This document shows positions 39,501-49,094 of a DNA stretch of 64,000 nucleotides, piece by piece. Every line of letters starts with the position of its first letter. Positions within the stretch are counted from its first letter, which is position 1. The stretch is from Candidatus Latescibacterota bacterium. GTDB lineage: Bacteria > Latescibacterota > UBA2968 > GCA-2709665. The notes below the pieces were generated by a model, which saw nothing but the letters and a program-made list of their open reading frames with translations, had not been told where the DNA came from and did no database searches. Both the position numbers and the translations under genes were made by a program. The stretch lies in the NCBI GenBank assembly GCA_965237675.1, contig OZ250150.1, positions 5,216,001 through 5,280,000 on the forward strand, read 5' to 3'.

Positions 39501-40318
39501 GCGGCTGCAAGGTCGTCTTCCTCCAGAAAAGTGAGATCGGATTCCAGGGTGACGCCGGCGCGAAGGCACATCAGCGCGGCCTCCGGCGCAACGCCGGCAA
39601 TGCCGACGCCATTGTCTGTGACAGCCGCGGCAATGCCTGCAACACGGGTACCATGGCTGGATTCGTCCATGGGATCGTTGTCGGGGGAAAGAAAGTCGCC
39701 TTTTGCGGGAAGTGTCGGGGTGTGGGTGAAATCCCAGCCGCGAATGTCGTCCACGTACCCGTTGTTGTCGTCATCGACCCCTGGCCGGCCGGATGCTTCG
39801 TCGGGGTTGATCCAGATATTGTCGGCCAGGTCTTCGTGGGTATAGTCCACGCCGGAATCGATGATAGCGATGACGACGTTCTGCTTGCCCGGCGGAAGCC
39901 CGTCCCTCAGGTCCTGCCATCTGATCTGCTCCAGGCTGTACTGATCGGTCAGGCGGGGATCGTCAGGCGCGGCGTGATGGGAGAAGAGGTGGACGGGCTG
40001 GGCGTAGAGGACGTCAGGGTGCTCCGAATAGGCCGCCGCGGCTTCCGCCGGGTTCACGTCGGGGTCTATTTCAAGGCGATAGACCTGCGCGAATCCCATG
40101 GCGCGCTTGGCCAGGACCGCTCGCGGCTGAAACACGGGTTCGGGGGTGCCGGCTCCAAAATGTGCATGCAGGCTTGCAAGGCTTCCGGCTGCGGTTTTGG
40201 CGGCAGACGTTTTGAACCTGATGAGGATCTGTCCCGGAGAATAATTCGGTTGGGCCGCGGTGGAACCCGATAGGGAAGTGAAAGCGGATACCAGGAAAAA
40301 GAAGCATGTCGCGTACAT
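36587..40318 (-). CDS. Secreted S8 (subtilisin) serine protease with FG-GAP/VCBS repeats, FN3/Ig-like domains and C-terminal dockerin-like EF-hand repeat
   Basis: Triad IIDSG, HGTRVAG, GTSFAAP; DxDxDG repeats; ADFSGNGRVDFSDF...FDLDNDGEVAFSDF. Start uncertain (ORF open to 40420). Confidence 0.9.
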   Translation of the reverse strand: MYATCFFFLVSAFTSLSGSTAAQPNYSPGQILIRFKTSAAKTAAGSLASLHAHFGAGTPEPVFQPRAVLAKRAMGFAQVYRLEIDPDVNPAEAAAAYSEHPDVLYAQPVHLFSHHAAPDDPRLTDQYSLEQIRWQDLRDGLPPGKQNVVIAIIDSGVDYTHEDLADNIWINPDEASGRPGVDDDNNGYVDDIRGWDFTHTPTLPAKGDFLSPDNDPMDESSHGTRVAGIAAAVTDNGVGIAGVAPEAALMCLRAGVTLESDLTFLEEDDLAAAILYAVENGAHVINMSWGGPESAFLIHDAVRYAAASGLVLVSSAGNSGEFGLSYPAAMDETIAVGATAPQDRIAGFSSRGVPLDLVAPGAGTLTTWPGHAYRHASGTSFAAPHISGLAALILSRRPELTAEQVRSLLVASVIDLGPNGWDSSGGAGRIDAAILLEKLTRWANPPVVHIDHPQTDDSASQNFDIVARATGPNVVTYELSWGLGEDPQSWLRLAGGPSSPDIRHSWTPGTPADTSAIVRLMARLTDGTNLEDRVRIGIRRASPVISKASFSPILIGNRQTYHAVWHTRRPTRGALIYRSSTTTREDSLFSDIVYTRHSVTLPPDLAPGPLVYRIMARDAAGQAAFSEPMTFTVNPLRISARGFVQVDTLPDGFLADEVADFDMDGRPEIVLMPYVSGRPYNMNRIMERDDDGNFTTVFQTTESFLPWAVGDANNDGRTDLLGINFPRTSIARLRLFAGTPFPSETLLDQSPAEGGEIVDIDGDGRNEIVARSALAPGIRILKSTPEGAFEETALLPNPTEGFNWPGPRFVIADMNDNGRKEILSGDDDGDLWIYEARPGGGFVQTWKMAGSDGTNTQWIGGGADIDNDGDVEFAVARAEEDRNDALNGRWTLEIYSWDGRSTYALEWSIRVSGVISTGNGIATGDVDGNGIPDLAVCLRPDLYLIRATGPDAYEPFWHETVSVTHRPLIADLDKDGYAELLYNRDGAVRLMERTEAVVTRTLQVVQADPLGPASARLTWAYTGGAATYRILRGVNGSTPTLLIDNLTANSHTDTGLAENRIYRYVVVATLPNGDEIRSETHTVRPNPAPELNRVEVLHAHSLSLTFNEPMAAETADPHGYTVAPTLGRPTSGILDRTSQRVLLSFSIPFGAGRAYSLTLSMAADSSGVPLAPGYTSITFVTGQTGFTAAGNADFSGNGRVDFSDFLLFALAFGSNDPRFDLDNDGEVAFSDFWRFALLFGSTA

Positions 40319-40438
40319 CCGTACGTTTGGATTCAATGCCTGGCTCCCCTCTCCTGATCCCTGGGTACCATGTGGATCTGATTCGCCCTTGTTTTCCGGC
40401 TGTTTCATTATGAACGGCATATCAAGCAGGAGGTTCCG

Positions 40439-41629
40439 TCAAAGTCGATCGGCGAGTGCACATGAAGCTTCCCGGACAGGCGTGACGGGCAGGGCCGCAA
40501 CGAACGCGGCGGAAGGAAGAAGAACGAGGGAGACGCACGCCAGAGCAAAACCGATGGACGTGATGTCTGCAAGGAGTCCGATGCCGGGAAGGAGCAGACC
40601 CGAGATTCCCCATGCAAATCCCATCACCAGACCGGTGGCCGTGCTGGCGTGTTGCGGCAGAATGCGCTGTGCCAGCACGATATTGGTGGTGGCGCCGAGA
40701 TCGAATATGAACCCGGCAAATAAGAAACAGCCCAGAGAGATGGGACCGGAGGTGAAGCAAAAGACGACGTAGAAGACGGGCGAGAACGCACAGGATAGCC
40801 CCAGTAGCCTGCGGGGAGCCACACGGTCGCCGAGATATCCGCCCGCCAGCCGGCCCAGTGTCGCCGCGATCAGGTAGGCGGACAACACCCAGCCGACTTT
40901 GGAGATGTCCCACGATCTGTCGAGACCCACGATGGATATGAAGCTAACACAGGCCGCGTGCACCAGAGACCGAAATACCGCGATTGCATAGAGGATCCAC
41001 AGCGGCCGCATCGCCGCCGTCCTCAAGAGAGCGACGTTGATACGGACCGACGGTGTCGCCCTTTCTTCCGGAGTTGTGGTCTTCGACAGGCGAGATAACA
41101 CAGCGGCGGCCACGAGACATGGAAAAACAACGATCCAGAGTGTATCCAGTCCGTATCGCGCAACAATCTGCGTCCCGGTTACGGGAGCGATGGCCATGCC
41201 CAGAGGACCGCCAGTGAGGAAGACGGCCATTGCGAAGTTGGAGCGCCTGGGCAGGGAAGTCGTCACGAGGCCCCCGGCTGTCGGATGAAAAAGGGATGAA
41301 CCGAGCGAGGCCAGAACCAGAAAGGCGGCCAGCATGACCACCGAGGGTAACGAACCGATTACCGATACGCAAAGGCCGCACGCCAGCACGCCGAGCGCGG
41401 CCAGGCGCGTTCGATTGGTCCGGTCGCCAAGATAGCCCATAAACGGTTGCGGAATGTTACCGAAGAGAGAAACGACCATGGGAAGGAGGGAAGCTTCCAC
41501 CAGCGTAAGCCCGTAGAGGTTCTTAAACAGGGCGAGCAACGGTGGGAACAGGGTCATGTAGAAATCCACCGTCGTGTGCGCGTAGGTGATGAGACAGACC
41601 CTGAGCATTGGACGTTGCGTTAAGGGCAT
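40439..41629 (-). CDS. MFS transporter (Fsr-like)
   Basis: 12 TM; H..VDFY, QPFMGYLGDR, SLFHP and GGYLGDR. Confidence 0.9.
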   Translation of the reverse strand: MPLTQRPMLRVCLITYAHTTVDFYMTLFPPLLALFKNLYGLTLVEASLLPMVVSLFGNIPQPFMGYLGDRTNRTRLAALGVLACGLCVSVIGSLPSVVMLAAFLVLASLGSSLFHPTAGGLVTTSLPRRSNFAMAVFLTGGPLGMAIAPVTGTQIVARYGLDTLWIVVFPCLVAAAVLSRLSKTTTPEERATPSVRINVALLRTAAMRPLWILYAIAVFRSLVHAACVSFISIVGLDRSWDISKVGWVLSAYLIAATLGRLAGGYLGDRVAPRRLLGLSCAFSPVFYVVFCFTSGPISLGCFLFAGFIFDLGATTNIVLAQRILPQHASTATGLVMGFAWGISGLLLPGIGLLADITSIGFALACVSLVLLPSAAFVAALPVTPVREASCALADRL

Positions 41630-41702
41630 CGGAGTACCTGGTGGCGGTATGGCGGCGTTGATGACCGAGGCCGCCGTAAAGAGACCTCACGACCTGGCAT
41701 AC

Positions 41703-42065
41703 TTACTCAAGTCCGGCACGTTCGATAACGACCTCACCGATTTTGTCGTGGATACCCAGGGGGCCGGTGACCCGGAACGCGACGCCCGGGAAACGGACCG
41801 CGCTTTGTTCTACCATTGTGGGGATATCGTGGGTAGCGTGGCGGCCGGGCGAGAGCATGTAGGGGTGAACAACGACCTCGTTTGCACCGTCGCGAACGCA
41901 GGCTTCAATGCCCTCTTCCAGGGTCGGTTGCGCGAGTTCCATATGGGCGATATGTATGATAAGCCCAGGACGCTTCCGCTTCACGATATCCGCCACGTCT
42001 TCGAGCATACGATTGGCTTCATCCCGGGTGGAGCCGTGATCCACAATGAGGAGAGCGATAGACAT
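41703..42065 (-). CDS. Small CbiX/SirB chelatase
   Basis: DHGS, AHMELAQP, PYMLSPGRHATHDIP and PLG.H. Confidence 0.9.
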   Translation of the reverse strand: MSIALLIVDHGSTRDEANRMLEDVADIVKRKRPGLIIHIAHMELAQPTLEEGIEACVRDGANEVVVHPYMLSPGRHATHDIPTMVEQSAVRFPGVAFRVTGPLGIHDKIGEVVIERAGLE

Positions 42066-42126
42066 AATGAATTAAAAATAAGAAGTTTACGATCAACGAC
42101 AGTACCTGCCGCCGCCAGCGACGTTA

Positions 42127-42155
42127 ACTTAACAATTCGTGGCGATTCCGTCAAT
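42127..42155 (-). promoter_or_regulatory. Sigma70-type promoter for cbiX-MFS
   Basis: Minus strand TTGACG-17 bp-TAAGTT with extended TG; coordinates approximate. Confidence 0.45.
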
Positions 42156-42320
42156 ATAACTTACGGGACAACATTTCTTCGAGATCAGAAGAAAATTTCG
42201 GGATAGCCGGTATCAAGGTTTTTTCTTGTGAGATGTAGACAATACCCACCAGCCGGTTCTGAGTAACCACAGGGAGCAGAAGATAAGATTCGGTGCCAGT
42301 TGCAGGTTCTTAGTTCTCAT

Positions 42321-45284
42321 TCAACTTTCCCAGCGTTCGAATCCGGTGTGGACAACTTTAAACGCGTCACCCGATTCAAAGTCGTAGAAGTATCCTTTTG
42401 AGTCATCCAGGTCGTCCACCATTCCGCGGATGAAATCTTCATCGCCGACGTGGATGAGGGTCTTGTTGTTTTTGCGCTCGACGCTCCGGATCCGATAGCA
42501 GGCATCGCGTTCGTTATCGTTCCGGATGGAGATGTAAGCGCCTGCGAGGGGTCCGTTCGGTGGTGGCTCGGCTGTGTGGATGACCCCGGGTTCGTGGGTG
42601 GAGACGATGCCGGTCCAGGCGGCTTCCGCTTTCTGGATGGCGTGAGATTCGGTGCCTAAGATCGTCCCACCGACGAGCGTGGCCCATCGCGGGCCGTTTT
42701 TCGACTCGGCATAGATACCGAACATACCGTTGAAGCGAATGCGGCCGTCTATGTTGATGGAGGTGTGCCCGTCGCCGAAAATGACTGTGTGGGTATATTC
42801 GCCTGGCAGGCGGACTCTTAGAGCACGGAGAACCGGTCCGCCAGGGAGATCGATTTCTTCAATTTGCACAATATTCCGGTTCTCTCTGAAAGCTTCGATA
42901 AGGCTCAAATAGCCGGAATCGAGGGGCGTTTCACCCTCATGGGCGACAATGCCGCAGGTCAAGCGCCGGGGGTTGCCGGGTTTGTTCCGGGGTGGATCGC
43001 CGTGACAGAGGGCAATCTCGCCTGGGGCGTTCATCAAGTTCCATCGCAGGTGGATGTCGGTTGGCGCGCCGGGCCTGGGTGACGCGGGGAGCGCCTGCCA
43101 CGTATCCGTAATGGTCCAGTCGACGGAGACCGTGCCGGCCGGGGCCGCGCACCGCTTTACGTTGTAGAGGTACTGGAAGCCGCTGCCACTGTAGCTGCGT
43201 ACTTCGCCATCGTAAAATTCTCCGAACTTGACGTCTTCACCCGCGTAGGTGCCTTTACCCTGCGGCGTGAGTTCGAGGCCCTCAGTCCGGACCGTCCCTT
43301 CGGCTGCATGGAAGAGAAAGTGGTGGGAAGTGCCGCCGGAGACCTGGAAAAGGTCTGCCACATAGAAGTCCGTATCGGAGATGCGCACAAGCGCGCTGGT
43401 GCGGCGGTAGATCGCGCACTGCGGGTAGACGTCAGTCGATGAAACGGAGACCACCTGAGCTTCCTCCGTGGTTGCATAGAAGTCGACCTTTCCGGAGTAG
43501 TCACCTTTCTGTTTGCTTCGGTCGACCAGGACCGTGTTGTGGGAGACGGTATGGCTGGTCCAGCCTGAACGTTTGGGCCATACGCGCGCGTGTTCGGGAT
43601 AGCCCAGGTCAGGCAGCAGGTCCAAGCCGAAGGCGTAGAGACCCAGATTTAATCGGTCCGCATGCCCATGGCCGATGTTGCGGCCGTAGTAGAGCCAGAG
43701 GGTGCGTTCGGTTTCATCCGCGCCGTCTCTGAGCAGGGCCAGACCGTACCCCGACATTAAATCAGAGTCGAGGCGGAAGGGTCCGTGTTGCGCTACGGTC
43801 TCCCTCACGCGACGCCGGATGGCTTCCGGGTCTTCGTCGAAGATGCTGCCGTGAATCCGTGTCGGATCTCCGCCAACGAGGTGGTGCGCGGCCCTGGCGA
43901 AAATGGGATCGCCGAACAGTTCAAGGCCCTCCAAACATTGCTCGACGGTGAGACCGCAAAGGTTGGGGCTGCCCGTCTGGCCCGTGTCGCCAATGTTGGG
44001 GATGTATTTGCCCAGGCAAATCATGCGGATGTGGCCCAGGAACATCTGTTTGTACCGGAAATAACCTCGGATGTTGTGACGGGTGTACGAGCGTCGGCAT
44101 CTTAGTACGCGGTCCAGATCGTTCATACCCTGGGATTTATGGAGCCAGCCCAAGCTGTAGGAGGGCGCGGCTTCAGAGCCGATACCGTCCCGGTCGATTT
44201 CTCCCGCGAAGAGTTTCGGGATGTGACCGCCGTTCGGCTTTTGACCGCGCAGTCTGCCGGCTTTAAAAACCCAGTCCAGCCAGTGGTCGGTATCTTCCGC
44301 ATCCAGGGCGACGGCGAGGACGGCCATCGTGACCTGATCGCCGGGTTCGTTTCGGGCTACGTCGCCTGCGAGGATGGCGGCAATGCCCTCGCGGATGATA
44401 CGATCTTCAATATGGCGACACAGTTCGTCCGCGTTGTTCTGAGAAAACAAACCGTGGACGTTTTGTTTACGGGAGAGGAAAGTGAAGAGTGGGTCGTCAT
44501 CCCGCCACGCCGTTCGGACGGCGTCATAACATTCCGTGAAGGCGATGAGAAGGCCCGGCTCCCAGATGCGGCCGTAGATACGACCCCGGCCGCTCAATCC
44601 GTCCGAGTTGAAGAATCCGAGTCTTGCCCAGTAGGACCAGTGCATGTCGGGATAGACGTCGGCGATTCTGGCCAGCAGGATGCCGGCTTTGTGGGCGTAC
44701 ACGGGGTCGCCCGTGAGCAGGTATGCCCGCTTCAAACCCTGGCAGGCGGACCGTATTTCGTTCCAGATGCCGTGGTGTCCATAGACGCCAATGAATTTGA
44801 ATGATTCTCCGGTATCGTCGGTCCAGCCGTTACCGTCGTCCACGCACCACGTGTAAAGGGGGTCGTTGCTATCCGGATGTTGGGTGTTGTAGAGCAGGCT
44901 ACGGTCGGCTTTCTCGGGAATAAAAAGTCCGCCGGGGCCTTTGCCGCTCTTGTAAAAAGCGGCAAAGTCGTTGCTGGGGAAACGGCCACCGCAGTTGGGG
45001 CAGGTGATCTTCCAGCGGTCGTGGAGAACGTCCGCTTTGAAGGCACCTCCGTAGCGATTGATGCCGTCGCCGCACCGCGGGCACCCTTTGGAGACGCTCG
45101 CGTTGGTGCTGCGACCGATGGTTTGCCCGGTAACCAGGGTCCAGAGCATGTCATCGTCCAGATCAAGCCAGCGTCGGGCACGATGGACGGCAACGTCCCG
45201 TTCGGCGGCAGCCCAGGGCATCTGTTCAATGTTGCGGCGCGCGTTGGCGATCCGTTCGGAAGCGGTGAAATGTTCGCCGGGCAT
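42321..45284 (-). CDS. Heparinase II/III-family polysaccharide lyase-like protein
   Basis: AYLLTGD..YA, GHGHADRLNL, DLGY and SHNTVLVD; N-terminal CPRCG...CPNCG; GGGAG RBS before ATG 45284. Confidence 0.8.
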   Translation of the reverse strand: MPGEHFTASERIANARRNIEQMPWAAAERDVAVHRARRWLDLDDDMLWTLVTGQTIGRSTNASVSKGCPRCGDGINRYGGAFKADVLHDRWKITCPNCGGRFPSNDFAAFYKSGKGPGGLFIPEKADRSLLYNTQHPDSNDPLYTWCVDDGNGWTDDTGESFKFIGVYGHHGIWNEIRSACQGLKRAYLLTGDPVYAHKAGILLARIADVYPDMHWSYWARLGFFNSDGLSGRGRIYGRIWEPGLLIAFTECYDAVRTAWRDDDPLFTFLSRKQNVHGLFSQNNADELCRHIEDRIIREGIAAILAGDVARNEPGDQVTMAVLAVALDAEDTDHWLDWVFKAGRLRGQKPNGGHIPKLFAGEIDRDGIGSEAAPSYSLGWLHKSQGMNDLDRVLRCRRSYTRHNIRGYFRYKQMFLGHIRMICLGKYIPNIGDTGQTGSPNLCGLTVEQCLEGLELFGDPIFARAAHHLVGGDPTRIHGSIFDEDPEAIRRRVRETVAQHGPFRLDSDLMSGYGLALLRDGADETERTLWLYYGRNIGHGHADRLNLGLYAFGLDLLPDLGYPEHARVWPKRSGWTSHTVSHNTVLVDRSKQKGDYSGKVDFYATTEEAQVVSVSSTDVYPQCAIYRRTSALVRISDTDFYVADLFQVSGGTSHHFLFHAAEGTVRTEGLELTPQGKGTYAGEDVKFGEFYDGEVRSYSGSGFQYLYNVKRCAAPAGTVSVDWTITDTWQALPASPRPGAPTDIHLRWNLMNAPGEIALCHGDPPRNKPGNPRRLTCGIVAHEGETPLDSGYLSLIEAFRENRNIVQIEEIDLPGGPVLRALRVRLPGEYTHTVIFGDGHTSINIDGRIRFNGMFGIYAESKNGPRWATLVGGTILGTESHAIQKAEAAWTGIVSTHEPGVIHTAEPPPNGPLAGAYISIRNDNERDACYRIRSVERKNNKTLIHVGDEDFIRGMVDDLDDSKGYFYDFESGDAFKVVHTGFERWES

Positions 45285-45420
45285 GGAGCTCCCCAAAAAG
45301 ACGGGACTTGCGGGTGATTCTTGATATAGCGCTCGATCGGCGGGATGACGCGCGATGTCCCTCTCCCACCGAGCGCGAAAGGAGCCAACGGGCGACTTTA
45401 CCGTCCGGTGGATTCGAGCA

Positions 45421-46956
45421 TCAGCCCAGATCCTTGATGACTTCCTGCGCGGCATTGTGGCCGGGAATGCCACTCACTTCTCCTCCGGGATGCTGTCCCG
45501 CGCCGCAGAGGTACAGGCCTTTTTGCGGCGCACGATATTGCGAGAGTTCCGGCAGGGGTCGGTTCCAGAAGAGATGCTCGCCGGCGTGTTGTACATGCCA
45601 GATACAGCCGTCCGTGAGACCGTTTTCCCGTTCGATGTCCTGGGGCGTTCGGAAGATATAGTTTCTGATGGAGGATCTGAAGTTGGGCGCAAACTCGGTG
45701 ATCTGGTCGATGATGCCTTCGGCGATCTCCTCCCTGACGTCTCCCCAGGTTCCGGTGCGCAGTCTTGCGGGCGCCGGGTAGATCCACACGGAGGCGGTGT
45801 GATAACCGGGCTGTGTGAGGGCGGGGTCTACGAACGAAGGCATCGAAAAACTGATAACGGGTTTGCGCACGGGCATGCCCCCTTCCAACTCGTCATAGGC
45901 CGCGTCGATTTCCGCCCTTGAGGCCTGAAGCGTGATCGCACCCCGGTAGGGCTGTTCCGGGTCCCCGTCCCAATACTTCCACAGCGGCGTTTCGCTGATA
46001 ACGGCGAGGAGTTTGTAACAGCTTACGTGGGTGATAAGGCCTTCAAGACGCCTGCGCAACCGGTCGTCGACCCATTCGGACGGCATGAGTCTGAGGAAGG
46101 TGTGCTTGGGGTCCAGGTTGGAAACGGTGATACGGCTGCGGACTTCCTCCCCGTTTTCCAGGCGGACGCCAATAACGGCGTTGCCTTCCACGAGGAATCC
46201 CGCGACGCCTGCGTCGAGGTGGATGGCCGCGCCCGCCTCTCGCGCCGCGGCGGCAATTGCATCGCTGACGGCGCCCATTCCGCCTTCAACGTAGCCATAA
46301 GGATGGGCTTCCCCGGTTTCGGTGTCGGGGCGGTTGATGGAACCGTAGGCGAAGTGCAGACCGAGGGGATTGCGGCCGACGGCGGCGCCTTCCGAGGCGT
46401 GGAGATCCTTCAGGTGGTCGGTTGAAAGAAATTCGTTCTGAAGTTCCCGGACTCGGGTGGAAATGGCTCTATCCAGCACGCCCGCCGCCGGAGTGCCGGC
46501 TATCCGGGAACGTACTTCGTCCAGGGGTGGGGGCGCCTGGAATCTATATGGGGTAACGATATCGGAGAGAATCCGCTTGAATTCACCGTAGCGCCGCGAA
46601 TCCGCGCGTTCGGCCGCGGTGAGGCGGCTTCTGTGTGTTCGGTTCCTGGGAGACTCGTGGTCCGAGGGGCCGTGGTAGGTTCCGTCGGAGCGGAGGCGGA
46701 TGTACCCTTCGCGGGGCAGCATTTTCATACCGCGTTCGTAAAGATTGAGATCCCGTATTATTCTGGGGGGCAGGCCGTGGATCATGTGGGCACAGGTTGA
46801 GAATTGAAACCCCGGCCAGAGTTCTTCGGTGATGGAGGCGCCGCCGACAAAGGAACGGCGTTCAAACACGCGGACTTTGAGCCCTGCTTTTACAAGATAT
46901 GCAGCGGTAGTGAGGCCATTGTGGCCGGCACCAACGACGATGACATCCGAGTCCAT
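45421..46956 (-). CDS. Phytoene dehydrogenase-like FAD oxidoreductase (PYROXD2 family)
   Basis: VGAGHNGL, ERR..VGGA, GGMG, TP.DIE and LYLCGAGQHPGGEVSGIPGHNAA. Confidence 0.9.
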   Translation of the reverse strand: MDSDVIVVGAGHNGLTTAAYLVKAGLKVRVFERRSFVGGASITEELWPGFQFSTCAHMIHGLPPRIIRDLNLYERGMKMLPREGYIRLRSDGTYHGPSDHESPRNRTHRSRLTAAERADSRRYGEFKRILSDIVTPYRFQAPPPLDEVRSRIAGTPAAGVLDRAISTRVRELQNEFLSTDHLKDLHASEGAAVGRNPLGLHFAYGSINRPDTETGEAHPYGYVEGGMGAVSDAIAAAAREAGAAIHLDAGVAGFLVEGNAVIGVRLENGEEVRSRITVSNLDPKHTFLRLMPSEWVDDRLRRRLEGLITHVSCYKLLAVISETPLWKYWDGDPEQPYRGAITLQASRAEIDAAYDELEGGMPVRKPVISFSMPSFVDPALTQPGYHTASVWIYPAPARLRTGTWGDVREEIAEGIIDQITEFAPNFRSSIRNYIFRTPQDIERENGLTDGCIWHVQHAGEHLFWNRPLPELSQYRAPQKGLYLCGAGQHPGGEVSGIPGHNAAQEVIKDLG

Positions 46957-47045
46957 AAAGATGGTTCCCTTCGTTTCGAATGAACACCACCCGCGCAGTC
47001 CTGAGCGGAGCAGTATCGTGAAATCGTCTACGGTTGCAGCCTTAC

Positions 47046-47205
47046 CAGCCCGTTGAAAAAGTCCATCCGGTCTGCGGCCGGCTCTTATGGCCGAATTACT
47101 GCGTTGCGCTCCCGCACCGAATTCCCCGATTCGGCTCGGTCGCGCGCCTTGTCTTCGGCCACAATGGCTCGTCCTCGCCTGCAGAGCAACTTCTTCAACG
47201 GACTG
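47046..47205. mobile_element. 160-bp MITE-like element, family A, copy 2
   Basis: Same TIRs as 831-990; flanked by direct repeat ttac (47042-45, 47206-09). Confidence 0.85.
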
Positions 47206-47409
47206 TTACGGCGCGGTGCGGCGCCAGTTGCAATGTGACCAGCCAGTCTTCGCAGTCTCGTTGTCGAAGATGGGACATTTGAAGGATTCCCCTGCCTGGG
47301 CTTTGAGGTCTTCCCGAACGACGGCCCCCGAGATCTCCAGCTTGCTACCCGCAAGCTGAGTGACTTCGCCAAGATGGGTTTCACCGCCGATGATTGCAAT
47401 ACGTGTCAT
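47206..47409 (-). pseudogene. N-terminal fragment of a probable Gfo/Idh/MocA-type oxidoreductase
   Basis: MTRIAIIGGETHLGEV...LEISGAV...CPIFD is a Rossmann-like start. The ORF ends at the TAA inside the MITE target duplication. Confidence 0.5.
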
Positions 47410-48862
47410 GTGCGACTCCGTTCGATGCTTCAACGTAAGCGTTCAGGTGCGCCGCGGCGCGCCCGCTGTCGATGGCGCCCTTTGCGCGTTCGATGGCCGC
47501 GGATGCGTCGACATCAAATCCGAGTAGATTGTCTTTAATTGCGGCGTTGAGCACGATCTGGTCGTAGACCCAGCCTCTTCGTCCGGAAAGAGCGGCGTAG
47601 CCCGCTTTTGCGAAGGCTTCTGCACATACGGTTTCGGGGCGCGGATGCCGGTTGTAACAGAATCCTGCGGCCGCCGGGTCAATGTCCCGATCGTATGTTT
47701 CGATTCGCCCTGCGCTGGTTATGAAGCCCCGTATATTGTTGATGGCCTTTCTTTCGCCGTCGGAGGGCTTGCCCAGTCGCAGGCCGAAGGAGCTGGCGCC
47801 TTCCATACCCTTCACGACAAGGCCGGAGTTGAGACCGCGATCCTTTGCCAGCCGAAGAAACATATCTTCGTAGCCCGGATGGTAGTAGCCGACGACCATG
47901 TGGTTCTCGCCTGGGCACGTGAAAAGCTGCTGGGCTTTCTCCGTTGCCGCCCAGGGAGGCCGTTTTCCGATATGCGAACGGAGTTCCCTGGCAGCATAAG
48001 CGGCCGGCGAGAAGATACGCTGGCTGACGTAGGCAAAACCCACGCGGGGGTGCTCAATCAGACCACCGGCCTGTTCCAGAGTGAGGTCCGCGTTGGCCCC
48101 CAGCGCCTTCAGGATCTGTTCGTCGGTGACCCCCCATTTCGGCGGCATTCCGTCTACGCCGTGCAGAACCGTCGGGCGTCCCTGCGCTGCCCTGACCGCC
48201 GCGACGAAAAGGGTCGGGCGGGCATATTTGTTCGATCCGTCGTACGGTTCACCGAAGTGGGTGAGCGAGTCGACGCCCAGTTCCACGACGTCAGACGGGT
48301 CGAACGCGGCGTCCAGGTATCCGCGCGCCTCGTCGTAGGTCTCGCGGTTCATCCGCTGGCCGATGAGTGCGGCGCCCTTCAGCGCGTCTCTCACATGCCC
48401 GTTCAAGATCGCTTCGCACATCCGGCGGGTTTCGCGATAACTGAGATGATCCCCGGCCAGGATTTTTCCGAGAGCGGAAATGAGAACCGCTTCCTCTCCG
48501 TTTCGACCCTCCAGCTTTCGGGACGGGTCCAGCAGAAAGAGGATTTCGGGCGGCAGGTTTTGCCGGAGGGCCGAACGATATCCCGTGAAGGCTTCGGTTT
48601 CGGCGCAACTCCACCGGGTCTCGGGGGGGAAACGGCGTCGCAGGGCCATGGCCACGAAGAACGCACCCATCTGAATGGACGACACACGTTGCGTCTCGGG
48701 CAATTCACCCCTGGCCGAACCAAGAATTAAATCCAGAATCCGGCCGGGTTGGGGATCGGAAGGCTTCAGACCCAGCGGACGAGATTGATGGGGTCCGGTA
48801 CAGACCCGGGATTGGGCTTCCAGTACTTCGGGGTTCGGACCCGGGTGGTTTTCAACCGTCAT
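47381..48862 (-). CDS. Anthranilate phosphoribosyltransferase-like protein (YbiB/TrpD2-type)
   Basis: GEPYDG, VLHG...PPKWGVT, LRSHIGKRPPWAT.EK, YHPGY and VKGMEG. Confidence 0.8.
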   Translation of the reverse strand: MTVENHPGPNPEVLEAQSRVCTGPHQSRPLGLKPSDPQPGRILDLILGSARGELPETQRVSSIQMGAFFVAMALRRRFPPETRWSCAETEAFTGYRSALRQNLPPEILFLLDPSRKLEGRNGEEAVLISALGKILAGDHLSYRETRRMCEAILNGHVRDALKGAALIGQRMNRETYDEARGYLDAAFDPSDVVELGVDSLTHFGEPYDGSNKYARPTLFVAAVRAAQGRPTVLHGVDGMPPKWGVTDEQILKALGANADLTLEQAGGLIEHPRVGFAYVSQRIFSPAAYAARELRSHIGKRPPWAATEKAQQLFTCPGENHMVVGYYHPGYEDMFLRLAKDRGLNSGLVVKGMEGASSFGLRLGKPSDGERKAINNIRGFITSAGRIETYDRDIDPAAAGFCYNRHPRPETVCAEAFAKAGYAALSGRRGWVYDQIVLNAAIKDNLLGFDVDASAAIERAKGAIDSGRAAAHLNAYVEASNGVAHDTYCNHRR

Positions 48863-49094
48863 GGCATTGGTATCCTTCAGTGATATGGAGTCGGCGATAG
48901 TATACATGAAATCGAGTGTGCTATCAAGCGGGTCGGGTGGCGCCTCCGGTCCCGGAGGATGCGCACGGGGCCAATGCCCAATTGTCGCTCCAGGGGGATT
49001 CGGGATTGAAAAAAACGGTTTGCAAGGAGGTCGTTTTTTGTTAAATATGACGTGAATGACGTAACGGGAATTCAAGCTGTATCCGAGACCGAAA

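Noticed and set aside
49020-49046. ttttgttaaat resembling the XerD arm of dif
   Set aside because: No XerC-like arm at the right spacing; AT-rich promoter context explains it.
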